Part shown: piece after piece, positions 47,587-57,987 of the stretch
Position numbering within the stretch: position 1 is the first letter of the stretch
Layout: each line of letters opens with the position of its first letter
Assembly (NCBI GenBank): GCA_002336935.1
Contig: DDEW01000002.1
Location: 8,910 to 72,909, forward strand
From: Candidatus Saccharibacteria bacterium UBA1944
GTDB taxonomy: Bacteria; Patescibacteriota; Saccharimonadia; Saccharimonadales; Saccharimonadaceae
Reading direction: 5' to 3'
Length of the DNA stretch: 64,000 bases
Program-made: the position numbers and the translations under genes
Notes under the pieces: model-generated
Databases searched by the model: none
Told to the model about the DNA's origin: nothing
The model's input: the letters and a program-made list of their open reading frames with translations, nothing else

Positions 47587-48641
47587 TTCCAGATTGCCTC
47601 ATTTTGGACACTGGCAAGACCGGCCACTGTAATATAACGGGGACGAAACTGCTTGTTTGGTTCTTGAAGGTGACCGAAGTCAAGTTTTTGCCATGGGCTT
47701 GCAACGCGCGCAGGCATCACAAGTTCATTAGTGAAAAATTCCCCGATTCCTGGCACGTTAGCGCCGCCACCGACAATCAGTACTTGTTCAATTTTGCGGT
47801 CATCATTGAGCCGCTCATTGTAGTAGCGAATAACCTTTCGTACCTCGGTGACAATGCGCTGCAGGCTCGGCTTTAACGCTGCTGAAATTTTTGCTTGGCG
47901 TGGTCCTGCGCTCAGCCCGTTGAGAACCTTGAGCTGATGAGCGTTTTCAAGGGCAATGTTGAGCTTTTTGGCAATATCGATGGTGAATGTATTGCCACCC
48001 AGACCCACTCCTCCAGTAACGCGGATAGCCCCCTTGTCAAGAACTGCGATGTCGGTGCTTGCTGGACCAATGTCAACAATAAGGGTAGAAAGATGGCCCT
48101 CCTCGGTTGCTTCAAGCACTCTGGCGACTGCATTGATACTCGGTTCGGCAATAACGGGTAACAGGTCGGCGCCACGAACGGCGTTGATGCAGCTATCGAC
48201 AAGGGTTGACGGTACTGCCGACATGACGACAGTTAACTTATCTTTAGTCCGTTCAATAACCTCGTGATCAACATAGAGTGAATTGAGCGGAATCGGAATA
48301 TACTGATCAACCTCAACCTCAACAGCATTCTGAATGCGTTTTTCTTCGGTGACCGGGAGGCTGAAGGTGCGCGAGAAAGTGCGACCTGTCGGTAGCCCCA
48401 CAACGACATGATCGGAACCTAGTGTGCCAATCACGTTGTCGTGAAGAAGTGAGCGGATACTTTCTGCTAAGTAGGGATCCTCTGGGTTATCTAGAGAGGC
48501 TTGAACTTTAGCAGGATCGAGATCAAGTGAACCATAGCCGAGTACAAGCCACTTTTTAGGGTCAACTGACATCACTTTAATACCAGTCTGGCTGATATCA
48601 AGACCAATCAGGGGTTTATCTTTATAGAATAGTTTTGTCAT
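47583..48641 (-). CDS. pilM: Type IV pilus assembly protein PilM
   Basis: IGLDISQTGIK, EVDQYIP.P, IVDIG..STD, LVGGGA..PGI.E, NPW-like SPW. Confidence 0.9.
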   Translation of the reverse strand: MTKLFYKDKPLIGLDISQTGIKVMSVDPKKWLVLGYGSLDLDPAKVQASLDNPEDPYLAESIRSLLHDNVIGTLGSDHVVVGLPTGRTFSRTFSLPVTEEKRIQNAVEVEVDQYIPIPLNSLYVDHEVIERTKDKLTVVMSAVPSTLVDSCINAVRGADLLPVIAEPSINAVARVLEATEEGHLSTLIVDIGPASTDIAVLDKGAIRVTGGVGLGGNTFTIDIAKKLNIALENAHQLKVLNGLSAGPRQAKISAALKPSLQRIVTEVRKVIRYYNERLNDDRKIEQVLIVGGGANVPGIGEFFTNELVMPARVASPWQKLDFGHLQEPNKQFRPRYITVAGLASVQNEAIWK

Positions 48642-48700
48642 TGGTGCCCACTAATAGAATTTCTCTCTATATAGTATAGCATGAGCGCTTTGAAAATAGA

Positions 48701-49930
48701 CTAGCTTTTTATGTTTTGCGCAAGGCCTGCAATCGGGCCCATAACACTTGCGGCAATCAATCCCACCATGGAGCCCATGATAAGGATCATCACTGGCTCA
48801 ATAATCGAGCTAATTCCATCAATTGCTACGTCTACCTCTTCTTCGTAGAAGTCGGCAACCTTTACAAGCACCGTATCGGTTTGGCCGGTTTCCTCACCTA
48901 CCGCGAGCATTTGTGCCACAATTGGCGGGAAGAGATCGTCTTTCTCGAGAACACTTGAAAGCGTTTTTCCGTTTTTAACTTGCTCGGCTGCATCGACGAG
49001 CGCTTTCTCGTATACAACGTTGCCAACCGCTCGAGCAGTAACATTGAGCGCTTCGAGGACTGCCACACCCGCGCCCATCAGTGCTGAAAATGTGCGAGCA
49101 AAGCGCGCAACGGCCACTTTACGGATGATTGGGTTAATCATGGGAACGCGCAGAACGAACTGGTGAAAGATAGCTTTTCCACGAGGAGTTTTAAGGAAAC
49201 GCAGGAACATCACAACCCCACCAATAACAAGTGGCAGAAGGAACAGGCCATATTTAACCAAAAAATCACTGATAGTCAACATGGCTTGGGTGAGGGCAGG
49301 AAGTTTAGCATCGGGCCCACCAAGATCTTTGAGGATTTTACCAATTTGTGGAATGACGAATAGCATAAGGCCGAAGAAAGCGAGGATAGTAATCACCATG
49401 AGTACTGATGGGTAAGTCATGGCACTCTTGATTTTTTTACGCATGCTGGCATTTTTTTCTTGTTGCATGGCAAGGCGTTTTAGAATGTCGTCAAGGATAC
49501 CTGCTGATTCACCAGCGCGAACCATGTTAACGTAGACATCGTTAAATGTATTAGGGTATTTTACCAGTGCGTCGGCAAGTGTTGCGCCTGCTTCAACGTC
49601 TTTGACAATGCCAGCACTTACCTTCTTGAGCGCGGCGCTATCGGTGTGGTCATGCAGCGATGTAAGCGCTCTGAGGATTGGCACCCCAGCGCTCACCATG
49701 GCGCTTAATTGTCGAGTGAACATGACAAGATCATCACTTTTGACTTTATTGCCACCCAGGAAGTTGAGGAATCCAAATGAGGTCTTTTTTTCACTACCTT
49801 CTTTGAGGCTGATGGGGCTTAGGCCCTGTTTTGAAAGGGTAGAAATGGCAGCAGCTCGGTCATTTGCATCAAAGCCGCCGTTGACGACTTTTCCTTGGGA
49901 GTTGGTTGCAACATAAAGATAGCTCGGCAT
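48701..49930 (-). CDS. pilC: Type IV pilus platform protein PilC (GspF family)
   Basis: FTRQLSAMVSAGVPI, YVNMV.AGE..G.LD, SAMTYP, MLAVGEETG...VL.KVADFYEEEV. Confidence 0.93.
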   Translation of the reverse strand: MPSYLYVATNSQGKVVNGGFDANDRAAAISTLSKQGLSPISLKEGSEKKTSFGFLNFLGGNKVKSDDLVMFTRQLSAMVSAGVPILRALTSLHDHTDSAALKKVSAGIVKDVEAGATLADALVKYPNTFNDVYVNMVRAGESAGILDDILKRLAMQQEKNASMRKKIKSAMTYPSVLMVITILAFFGLMLFVIPQIGKILKDLGGPDAKLPALTQAMLTISDFLVKYGLFLLPLVIGGVVMFLRFLKTPRGKAIFHQFVLRVPMINPIIRKVAVARFARTFSALMGAGVAVLEALNVTARAVGNVVYEKALVDAAEQVKNGKTLSSVLEKDDLFPPIVAQMLAVGEETGQTDTVLVKVADFYEEEVDVAIDGISSIIEPVMILIMGSMVGLIAASVMGPIAGLAQNIKS

Positions 49931-49933
49931 ATA

Positions 49934-51715
49934 TTATTCCCTTGTGACGCGCAGCACTTCCTCAAGGGTCGTATTTCCGCGGAGTGATTTAATAAGGCCA
50001 TCAGTTTGCATCGTTGTCATACCTTCGCTCACTGCCTGGTCTTGAATTTGATTACTGGTAGCATTGGCGACAATCATTTTTTGAACAGGGACACTTACAC
50101 CAAGGACTTCATAGATACCGATTCGTCCTTTGTATCCGGTGTGATTACATTCGTCGCAGCCGTCAGGATGGGCCTTCCATAGGCCCGTCACAGTGCGTTC
50201 GTTTGTGCCGAGAGGAGTCTCGCCACCGACCCCTTGATCGGCAGCTTGTTTTTCTAGACGACGAATATCGGCAAAGTTTTGGCCCTCCCTGAGGTTGAAT
50301 AGCTTGACCATTTCGTCGACTTCAGGTTGGCTGGGAGTATATTGTTCTCGACATGTCATGCAAAGCCGGCGAACCAGGCGCTGGCCCACTACTGCCTTCA
50401 CGGTGCTCGCAATGAGGAACGGCTCGATGCCCATGTCAAGTAAACGGGGGAGACACGTCGCGGCGTTGTTGGTGTGGAGGGTGCTAAACACCAAGTGCCC
50501 CGTTAGGGCAGCCTGTACACCAAGGTTGGCTGTCTCGCTGTCACGAATTTCTCCTACCATGATGATGTTAGGATCCTGGCGTAGCAAAGCGCGTAGCCCA
50601 TTGGCGAATGTCATACCTGCCTTGACGTTGGTTTGTGTCTGGTTGACGCCAGGAATCTTGTATTCGACTGGGTCTTCAATGGTAGAGATGTTCACATCAG
50701 GACGATTGAGGAGGGTGAGGACACTAAAGAGAGAGGTCGACTTACCGCTACCTGTTGGTCCGGTAATCAGTACCATGCCATTAGGCTCTGCGATGGCCTC
50801 GGTGATAATGGCGAGCGAATGCCCCCAGTAGCCGAGATCGGTAAGTGACACGGCCTGGTTGGACTCATCGAGAATACGCATAACGACTTTTTCGCCATCG
50901 GCAATTGGCAATGTTGAAACGCGTAGTGCGTATTGTTTGCCGGCAACCTTTATTTTAAACCGGCCATCTTGCGGCACGCGGCGTTCATCAATCTTAAGAT
51001 TGGATAGAATTTTAATGCGGCTAACAAGTGCCCCAAGCACGTTCCGCGGCAACTGATTGACCTCGCGCAGTACACCATCAATACGGTAGCGAATTTGCAC
51101 GTATTCTTCACGTGGTTCGATGTGGATGTCGGAGGCCTGCGAACGAATAGCGTATTCAAGTAAAAGGTTAACAGTCTGTGCAATAGGAGAATCTTCTGCT
51201 ACCTCCGCTTCGGTTACTTGCTGTGCAGTGCCGTCGTCTTCGCGCTGGATGTCGATGACCTCGTTAAGCTCCTCATTGACGTCGCCACGGTAGTTCTCAA
51301 GGCATTGAAGGATGTTCTCGTGCGGTGCAATGTAAACTTTGGTATTTTCGCCAACTTCTTTCTCGATAAAGCTGACCGCTTGCACGTCATCAGGGTCATC
51401 CATGGCAAGATGGACAAGACCATCTTCATCTACCTGAAAGATAACTGCATTATATTGGCGCGCAATGCGTTCAGGAATTTTGTTGAGCACATCTTGGGGT
51501 ATATCTCGAGGGTCAATCTCTATGTATGGAATCTCTGCGTAATCAGCAAATAACTTCTTGAGTGAAGGCTCGTCAATCACTTGCTTCTCGATGATGATAT
51601 CTTGCAATGGGCGATTCAAACGTGCGCTCTCTTCTTTGAGAACGTCGAGTTGTTCCGCCGTTTGGATGCCACCCTTTACGAGCAGTTTAATAAGTGTATC
51701 ATCTGAAATACGCAT
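49934..51715 (-). CDS. pilB: Type IV pilus extension ATPase PilB (GspE family)
   Basis: ASDIHIEP, LKIDERRVPQDGR, TGPTGSGKST, TIEDPVEY, LRQDP..IMVGEIRD, TGHLVFSTLHTN, GYKGRIGIYE. Confidence 0.95.
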   Translation of the reverse strand: MRISDDTLIKLLVKGGIQTAEQLDVLKEESARLNRPLQDIIIEKQVIDEPSLKKLFADYAEIPYIEIDPRDIPQDVLNKIPERIARQYNAVIFQVDEDGLVHLAMDDPDDVQAVSFIEKEVGENTKVYIAPHENILQCLENYRGDVNEELNEVIDIQREDDGTAQQVTEAEVAEDSPIAQTVNLLLEYAIRSQASDIHIEPREEYVQIRYRIDGVLREVNQLPRNVLGALVSRIKILSNLKIDERRVPQDGRFKIKVAGKQYALRVSTLPIADGEKVVMRILDESNQAVSLTDLGYWGHSLAIITEAIAEPNGMVLITGPTGSGKSTSLFSVLTLLNRPDVNISTIEDPVEYKIPGVNQTQTNVKAGMTFANGLRALLRQDPNIIMVGEIRDSETANLGVQAALTGHLVFSTLHTNNAATCLPRLLDMGIEPFLIASTVKAVVGQRLVRRLCMTCREQYTPSQPEVDEMVKLFNLREGQNFADIRRLEKQAADQGVGGETPLGTNERTVTGLWKAHPDGCDECNHTGYKGRIGIYEVLGVSVPVQKMIVANATSNQIQDQAVSEGMTTMQTDGLIKSLRGNTTLEEVLRVTRE

Positions 51716-51784
51716 ACCGCTTATAGCTATTGTATCTGATTGCAAGCCCCAGCGCTAGTCTAAATATGCTATACTAACACCGAT

Positions 51785-52240
51785 ATGGAACGAGCGGCGA
51801 CCTCTAGTGATGCAATGATGGCACTTGGCGAGAAGCTAGGCCAACTTATGCGTGGTGGCGAGGTGGTTGAGCTGATTGGTGATGTAGGTGCAGGTAAAAC
51901 CACATTTACCAAAGGCGTTGCCAAGGGTCTAGGGGTGGATGAAGACGTGCAGAGCCCGACATTTACGATTAGCCGGGTGTACAATGGGCGTGACGATTTG
52001 CAACTGGCGCACTATGATTTTTATCGTCTTGTTGATGCCGGGATTTTAAGCGCTGAGTTACATGAATCCACGCAGAGCACCGATGTGGTGACTGTAGTAG
52101 AGTGGGGTCAGATTGTTGCGGGGGTTCTGCCCAAGGACACGCTTCATGTTGCGATTACATCGCCTTCAGAAACGGAGCGCCGAGTAGTATTTACGGCTGG
52201 AGGTATTCGAGCAGAAGAATTAATGAGGGCGATACCATGA
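51785..52240 (+). CDS. tsaE: t6A biosynthesis ATPase TsaE
   Basis: GDVGAGKTTF.KG, SPTFTI...Y, HYDFYRL, VVEWG. Confidence 0.93.
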   Translation: MERAATSSDAMMALGEKLGQLMRGGEVVELIGDVGAGKTTFTKGVAKGLGVDEDVQSPTFTISRVYNGRDDLQLAHYDFYRLVDAGILSAELHESTQSTDVVTVVEWGQIVAGVLPKDTLHVAITSPSETERRVVFTAGGIRAEELMRAIP

Positions 52241-52623
52241 TTGTGCTGTGGGATAGCGCAGATATGAATGTATCGCTCACGCTTGTGGCTGGCACCGTAC
52301 GCTACGACTACCAATGGCAAGCAAATCGCTCACTGGCTCGGGACATGCTGGCGTATCTTCGTGATAGACTTGCGGAACACCAGGCAACACTTGATGACGT
52401 GACGGGTATCGGCGTGTATCGTGGTCCCGGTAGTTTTACAGGACTTCGCATTGGCCTCACGGTTCTTAATACACTCGCAGAAACAAACCATGTACCTATT
52501 GTTGGTGCGCTTGGCGACGGTTGGGCGAGTGAATGCGAAGCACGGCTTTCACGGGGAGAAAGCGATCAAGTTGTGCTGCCTGAGTATGGCGGTGAAGCAA
52601 CAATTACAAAACCAAGAAAATAG
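52237..52623 (+). CDS. tsaB: t6A biosynthesis protein TsaB (short form)
   Basis: ATGA overlap with tsaE; GIGV..GPGSFTGLRIG...N.LA; ends P.YG.E..IT. Confidence 0.85.
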   Translation: MIVLWDSADMNVSLTLVAGTVRYDYQWQANRSLARDMLAYLRDRLAEHQATLDDVTGIGVYRGPGSFTGLRIGLTVLNTLAETNHVPIVGALGDGWASECEARLSRGESDQVVLPEYGGEATITKPRK

Positions 52624-52800
52624 CTTGCTCATCTACCCTACCTGGCGCTACAATAAAATCAGCTAGTTTATACTGGCTATCTCGAAAACTTTTATTACTT
52701 AGCTATTTCCAGTTCGCCATTTTGCGATTTCTCAAGCTTTATGAAAACATCTACCGGTCCGAAGATTGCGTCCCCGGTGAACTAGAAGAAAGGACACATT

Positions 52801-54288
52801 ATGATAGAGGTAATTGCCGCTATAATTGGCATTGCTGTTGGTATTGGCGGAAAGTTTGCCTATGACAAGCAACAGGCTACGAGTAGCAAGCATAAGGCAG
52901 AAAAGGAAGTTGCGCGCGCTGAGCGCAAGGCAAGCGATATCATCTTGAAAGCAAAAGACGACGCCCTGCGGCTTGAGCAGGAACGTCGACGCGAAATGCA
53001 GAAAGTCGAAAACCGACTGGTGGATCGCGAGTCGGCTCTTGACCGCAAGCTTGACGAACTTGATAGGCGTAGCGAAAAGCTCCGCGCTGCTGAGGATGAG
53101 GTTGAATCACTAAAAGGTGAGATACGCGACATTCGTAGCAAGCAACAGGAAAAGCTGGAAAAGATTGCTGGCCTGAAAAAGAAGGATGCTGCGGACAAAC
53201 TGATGCAAATGACCGAGCGTGACATCAAAGATGATTTGATGGGCCTGGTTGCTAAACTACAAAAAGATGCGACTGATGATGCAGAAGAGCGCGCCCAAGT
53301 AGTGATACTGAGTGCGATGGAACGCATGGCGAGTGAGGTTACGGCGGAACGTACCGTGACGGCAATTAAACTGGCCGATGAAGAAATGAAGGGCCGAATT
53401 ATTGGTAAAGAAGGCCGCAATATTCAGGCATTGCAGCGCGCAACAGGCGTCGACATCCTTGTTGATGATACTCCTGGTATGATTGTGCTCTCAAGCTTCG
53501 ATCCTGTGCGTCGTCAGGTTGCACGTATGGCACTCGAACTACTTATGAAGGACGGTCGTATCCACCCTGGACGCATTGAAGAAGTAGTCGCTAAGGCCGA
53601 GAAGCAGATCGAAAAAGAAGTAGTAAGAGCAGGCGAAGATGCCGCTCGTGAAGTTGGCGTGACGGGTATTCCTAAAGAGCTACTTCGGTTGGTTGGTGAA
53701 CTGAAGTTTCGTACCAGCTATGGCCAAAATGTGTTGATGCATAGTACCGAAATGGCACATATGGCTGGGCTGATTGCGGAAGAAATTGGTGCCAACGTAC
53801 GCGTCACAAAGATTGCTACGCTCTTGCACGATATGGGTAAGGCAGTCACCCATAAAGTTGAAGGTAAACACCATCATATTGGTGCTGAGTTGGCGCGAAA
53901 GGCAGGACTGAGTGAAGAGATATGCCATGCTATCGAGGCGCACCATGACGATATTGAAGCAACCACGCCTGAGGCATTGGTTGTTCGGGTGTGTGATGCC
54001 GTTAGTGCGGCTCGCCCTGGTGCGCGTAATATTAGTGCTGAAAACTTTGCCGAACGCATGCGCGACCTTGAAAATATTGCAACAAGCTTTAAGGGTATTG
54101 ATAAGGCATATGCCATCAGTGCTGGCCGCGAAGTGCGCGTGATTGTGCGTCCAGAATCTATCGATGATTTGTCGGCGATTAAACTTTCCCGCGATATTGC
54201 CAACAAAATTGAAAGTACCATGCAGTACCCCGGCACCATCAAGGTGAACGTTATTCGTGAAACGCGAGCAATTGAATTTGCTAAATAA
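52801..54288 (+). CDS. rny: Ribonuclease Y
   Basis: N-terminal TM, coiled coil, KH domain KGRIIGKEGRNI, HD domain RTSYGQNVL.HS...LHDMGK, DAVSAARPGAR. Confidence 0.96.
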   Translation: MIEVIAAIIGIAVGIGGKFAYDKQQATSSKHKAEKEVARAERKASDIILKAKDDALRLEQERRREMQKVENRLVDRESALDRKLDELDRRSEKLRAAEDEVESLKGEIRDIRSKQQEKLEKIAGLKKKDAADKLMQMTERDIKDDLMGLVAKLQKDATDDAEERAQVVILSAMERMASEVTAERTVTAIKLADEEMKGRIIGKEGRNIQALQRATGVDILVDDTPGMIVLSSFDPVRRQVARMALELLMKDGRIHPGRIEEVVAKAEKQIEKEVVRAGEDAAREVGVTGIPKELLRLVGELKFRTSYGQNVLMHSTEMAHMAGLIAEEIGANVRVTKIATLLHDMGKAVTHKVEGKHHHIGAELARKAGLSEEICHAIEAHHDDIEATTPEALVVRVCDAVSAARPGARNISAENFAERMRDLENIATSFKGIDKAYAISAGREVRVIVRPESIDDLSAIKLSRDIANKIESTMQYPGTIKVNVIRETRAIEFAK

Positions 54289-54291
54289 TGC

Positions 54292-54786
54292 ATGAAAGAA
54301 TTTAGCCTAGAACAAACAAACGCATGGATGGCCAATCTTGAGAAGCGAATGAGCAGTGGTGCTGTGGCGCTTCGAACGGATGACGATAAAGTGGTTGTCG
54401 TAAAAGCAAACTACAAACGCTACTGGTCCTTCCCCGGTGGTGTTGTTGATCATGGCGAGACACCTCGACAGGCTGCGGCAAGGGAAGCCGAAGAAGAGGT
54501 TGGAATTGCCGTAGATGTCAATAGCCTTACCTTCAAACTAGTAGTTGATAGGGTAAGTGAGATTGCCCAGACCTATCAATTTGTTTTTGAGGCCTCGGTT
54601 CGCCAAGAGGATCTGGAAAACCTATGTGCTGACGAAGCTGAAATAGAAGAAATTGCGGTGGTTTCGCGCCAGCAGATTATCGACCGGGACCGTTACTACT
54701 CGCAATCCACAATACGGTGGGCCGAAGGCCACACTGGGTATGAAGAGCAAATTTTTGGTGCCGGTGCAAAAGCAGCAGATATTTAG
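54292..54786 (+). CDS. NUDIX hydrolase
   Basis: Nudix box GGVVDHGETPRQAAAREAEEEVG. Confidence 0.9.
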   Translation: MKEFSLEQTNAWMANLEKRMSSGAVALRTDDDKVVVVKANYKRYWSFPGGVVDHGETPRQAAAREAEEEVGIAVDVNSLTFKLVVDRVSEIAQTYQFVFEASVRQEDLENLCADEAEIEEIAVVSRQQIIDRDRYYSQSTIRWAEGHTGYEEQIFGAGAKAADI

Positions 54787-55388
54787 TTCTTAACCAGCTG
54801 GACCCTACCAAGTGGCTTGGCTGTAATAACAACGCGTCCTGCATCTGAGCCGCCGAGTTCGCAGCTGTAGAGTGTTAGTTTGCTTTCCTCGGAAGGTGCC
54901 TCGATTTCAACTTGCGTTGGTTTTACATCGAATTTTTTGGTGATTTCATAACCATAGCGGATACCGCTATAGTCGACAACAATTTTGTCACCTGCAATCA
55001 GCTTGTCAATGTTATAGAAGGGTGATTTGGCCACGGTTTCGCCTGGGGTAGGGGCGATGGTAAAGCGGTGGGCTGCAATAATAAAGTTCCCACCGGTTGC
55101 TGGGTTGCCACGATCTGGAAAGCGCCACTGTGCGCCACGGTTGAGCGCTGCCTCGCCTTCGCCATACACAATATTCACACCGATTTTGGGAATGACAATG
55201 CGATTATCTGTTGCAGTAGGCGCAGGAAGGTTGTTGACGTTGATTGGCTTCATAGCTACCATTGGTGCGATGGTTGGCGCTGCCACCAGACTCAGTACGT
55301 AGGCGCCGCTACTAAGAAGAACAATAGCCACAAAAGTGAGGCCACCTGAACGGAGTCGGGAAGTGTGTTTCGTCTTTATTTTTAACAT
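54783..55388 (-). CDS. Sortase
   Basis: N-terminal TM, R.VIPKIGV, GNFIIAAH, LTLYSC, downstream R (H/C/R triad). Confidence 0.88.
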   Translation of the reverse strand: MLKIKTKHTSRLRSGGLTFVAIVLLSSGAYVLSLVAAPTIAPMVAMKPINVNNLPAPTATDNRIVIPKIGVNIVYGEGEAALNRGAQWRFPDRGNPATGGNFIIAAHRFTIAPTPGETVAKSPFYNIDKLIAGDKIVVDYSGIRYGYEITKKFDVKPTQVEIEAPSEESKLTLYSCELGGSDAGRVVITAKPLGRVQLVKN

Positions 55389-55440
55389 ATAACCCCTATG
55401 GTTATAGCCTAGTATAGCTCAAAATAGGTGATGATGCTAG

Positions 55441-57294
55441 CTATTTAAAGAATAGATTGTACACGCCCGACTGATTACTACCTTGAACTGCGCGGACGTC
55501 CCACTCACCTTTTACTAGTACGTTGCCGGGCCATTGCCAGCCAATGCTTCCGGAGGAGCCGGTTAACGTGTACGGAAGATAACGATCATACCCATAAGTA
55601 ACATTATGCATTCGAACAGTGCAGTAGGTAGTAACGGCCGTATTGCAGGCGCTGCTCATAAGGGCAGTATCTGATACGCTATGTTCGGAACGGTGGTCGC
55701 CTGTTTGCGCCAAACTAGGCGTAGGAGATGAGGATTTGAGCGCCATTGTAATGCGGGTGGCTGTATCTGCATTAATCACACCATGTCCATACTGTGGCAC
55801 GTAGACACTCCCATTCATAGCCGAAACCTTAGTCGCTGAAGCATCAAGCAGCGCGGTAATGTCGTCTGGGGTGGCGGTAGGGCGTTCGGAGAGAATCAGT
55901 GAAGCCAAGCTAGTAACGATTGGTGTTGCAAAGGACGTGCCGTAGAGTGATCCCGAGTAGGCAGAACTATAGTTAAAGGTAAGCTGGTCATTTGGTGTCA
56001 TGCCTCGGTCAATGAGTGGTGAAACAATTGCACCAGACCCTGGGGCAAGCACATCGATCGCTGGTCCATAGCTGCTAAAGTCTGCTCGCTTGCCCATAGC
56101 ATCACTTGCGCCAACGGCTATAACGTGATTATAAAGGGCAGGGTAACCCATGGCACCCGGCTTCGTGGGATCACAACCGTATTCTGTACCAGTACCGCAG
56201 TTGCCGGCAGCGGCAACTACAACCACCCCGTGGGCATAGGCGTAGTCAATGGCTGCTTTTAGTGCTGTATCAGGCGAATCACCACCAAGACTGAGACTCA
56301 CAATTTTTGCACCGTTGTCGACTGCATAGTAAATAGCAGCAACAATACGACTCGTCCATCCGCTGCCATCATCACCGAGTGCTTGGAGTGGCATCACTTT
56401 AATATTCCAGTTATAGGTTGCAATCCCTTTGCCATTATTGGTGGCTGCTCCTGCAAGGCCTGCGGTAGAGGTGCCGTGCGAAATCGCAACATACGGATCA
56501 CCCGCATCAGTACCAAAACAATCTTTTGATTCTTGATATAAGATATCATCGCCTGATTGGCCAGCCTGGGGGTTATTGTTGGCTATAAAGGTGCCGAGGC
56601 CATCTGGTGCACATGGGTTGGCGGTGGGAGTGTATCGCCCGTAAAAGTTCCAGCCGCGCCAATCATCAACATAATTGTTACTGTCGTCATCGCATTTATT
56701 TGATACCTTGTTATCAGGTGTACCCGTCCAGCATTTATCACCCGCTGCGGTCATGCCGCTTTCACCAGGGTTAATGTACCATTGACTCGCCAGGTCTTCG
56801 TGTTGCAGTGCAAATCCGGTGTCGATGACGGCTACAACAATGGGCGCCCCTGTAGATTGGTCCCATGCAGCGGGTGCTCCAGTACTGGTAAGTGCCCACG
56901 CAGGGTAGCTTGTGTTGGTGTAATAGGGATCATTGGGGTTCGCAAGCGCACGGTAATGGTGCTCTACTGTGATAGCCGATTCAACAGCCGCCTGCCCAGG
57001 TGCACTAGAGGTATCAGTAGGAACTAAAGTGCCGCTATTGCTCGTACGGGCAGTAGCACCTTGTCCCGAAGGAAGTGTAGGGGTAAGCTGAGGCTTGTCG
57101 GCTTGCAGCTCGGCTACGCCACCGATACCATGTGATGTATCGATGAGCTTAGTAACGATAGGGTCTGGACGGGTAGAAGTAGGTACGAGCCGTTTTTGGT
57201 AATACACAACCAGCCCCGTCATAACAGAGAGTGATAGTATAAGCAGTGCAAAAAGTGATGGAAAACTATTTTTTTGTTTCATGGCAGTAGCCAC
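55441..57294 (-). CDS. Membrane-anchored subtilisin-like (S8) serine protease
   Basis: VAVIDTG, HGTSTAG, AAAGN, GTSFATP catalytic motifs; N-terminal TM segment. Confidence 0.92.
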   Translation of the reverse strand: MATAMKQKNSFPSLFALLILSLSVMTGLVVYYQKRLVPTSTRPDPIVTKLIDTSHGIGGVAELQADKPQLTPTLPSGQGATARTSNSGTLVPTDTSSAPGQAAVESAITVEHHYRALANPNDPYYTNTSYPAWALTSTGAPAAWDQSTGAPIVVAVIDTGFALQHEDLASQWYINPGESGMTAAGDKCWTGTPDNKVSNKCDDDSNNYVDDWRGWNFYGRYTPTANPCAPDGLGTFIANNNPQAGQSGDDILYQESKDCFGTDAGDPYVAISHGTSTAGLAGAATNNGKGIATYNWNIKVMPLQALGDDGSGWTSRIVAAIYYAVDNGAKIVSLSLGGDSPDTALKAAIDYAYAHGVVVVAAAGNCGTGTEYGCDPTKPGAMGYPALYNHVIAVGASDAMGKRADFSSYGPAIDVLAPGSGAIVSPLIDRGMTPNDQLTFNYSSAYSGSLYGTSFATPIVTSLASLILSERPTATPDDITALLDASATKVSAMNGSVYVPQYGHGVINADTATRITMALKSSSPTPSLAQTGDHRSEHSVSDTALMSSACNTAVTTYCTVRMHNVTYGYDRYLPYTLTGSSGSIGWQWPGNVLVKGEWDVRAVQGSNQSGVYNLFFK

Positions 57295-57336
57295 TAGTAG
57301 TATACATCTGCAAACCTTAGTTCGTAAATAGCGGTA

Positions 57337-57918
57337 TCACAGTACGTCTTTCTTGGCTATGCGGCCGAAAAATACGACGGTATATTGTAGCGTAAAGTAG
57401 AGCGCAGAGCCAACAGCGCACAGGCAGCCAAATGCCAGGCTCGCTTGTTGAGGGAGTTGTTCGATAGGTCTGGCAACCAGTAGCAGTAGCAATGGCAGAA
57501 TAACAAGTGCGGCTTTTGTGATGATGACAAATCGGAATGACAGCTGAAGGCGCTGTTTTTTTGTTGCAGGTTTGTGATGAGTAGCAATTGGAATGGCTGC
57601 ATTTGCGGCTGTTTTGGTAATGCGCGCCCCTGCTGAAGCAATTGTTTTTGGTAGTCGAGCAATGACGGTCGCGGTAAATACCAGCACAAGTAGCGTGATG
57701 ACGGCAGCAATAACGAAGACTACGGGGGTGAACACACCTGCATCAATAGGGGTTGGAGCGACTTCTTGGCGCTTGGGAAATAAAAACATATCAAGTTCGC
57801 CACTAATGACGGGGTACGAAAAAATTACGAGCGACCACATCCATTGCAAAACGAGCGATAAATACCCGAGCGTTCCTGCGACGTTGGCTAGTGCTGTTCG
57901 TTTTGTTTTCGTGCTCAT
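57337..57918 (-). CDS. Hypothetical four-TM membrane protein
   Basis: 193 aa with four hydrophobic helices; TATAAT 6 nt upstream. Confidence 0.6.
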   Translation of the reverse strand: MSTKTKRTALANVAGTLGYLSLVLQWMWSLVIFSYPVISGELDMFLFPKRQEVAPTPIDAGVFTPVVFVIAAVITLLVLVFTATVIARLPKTIASAGARITKTAANAAIPIATHHKPATKKQRLQLSFRFVIITKAALVILPLLLLLVARPIEQLPQQASLAFGCLCAVGSALYFTLQYTVVFFGRIAKKDVL

Positions 57919-57987
57919 GGTTTTATTATAGAAAAAACTGCCTCGATATACAAAAAGAGCCTCCCTATGCGAGAGCCTCTGATTGTA

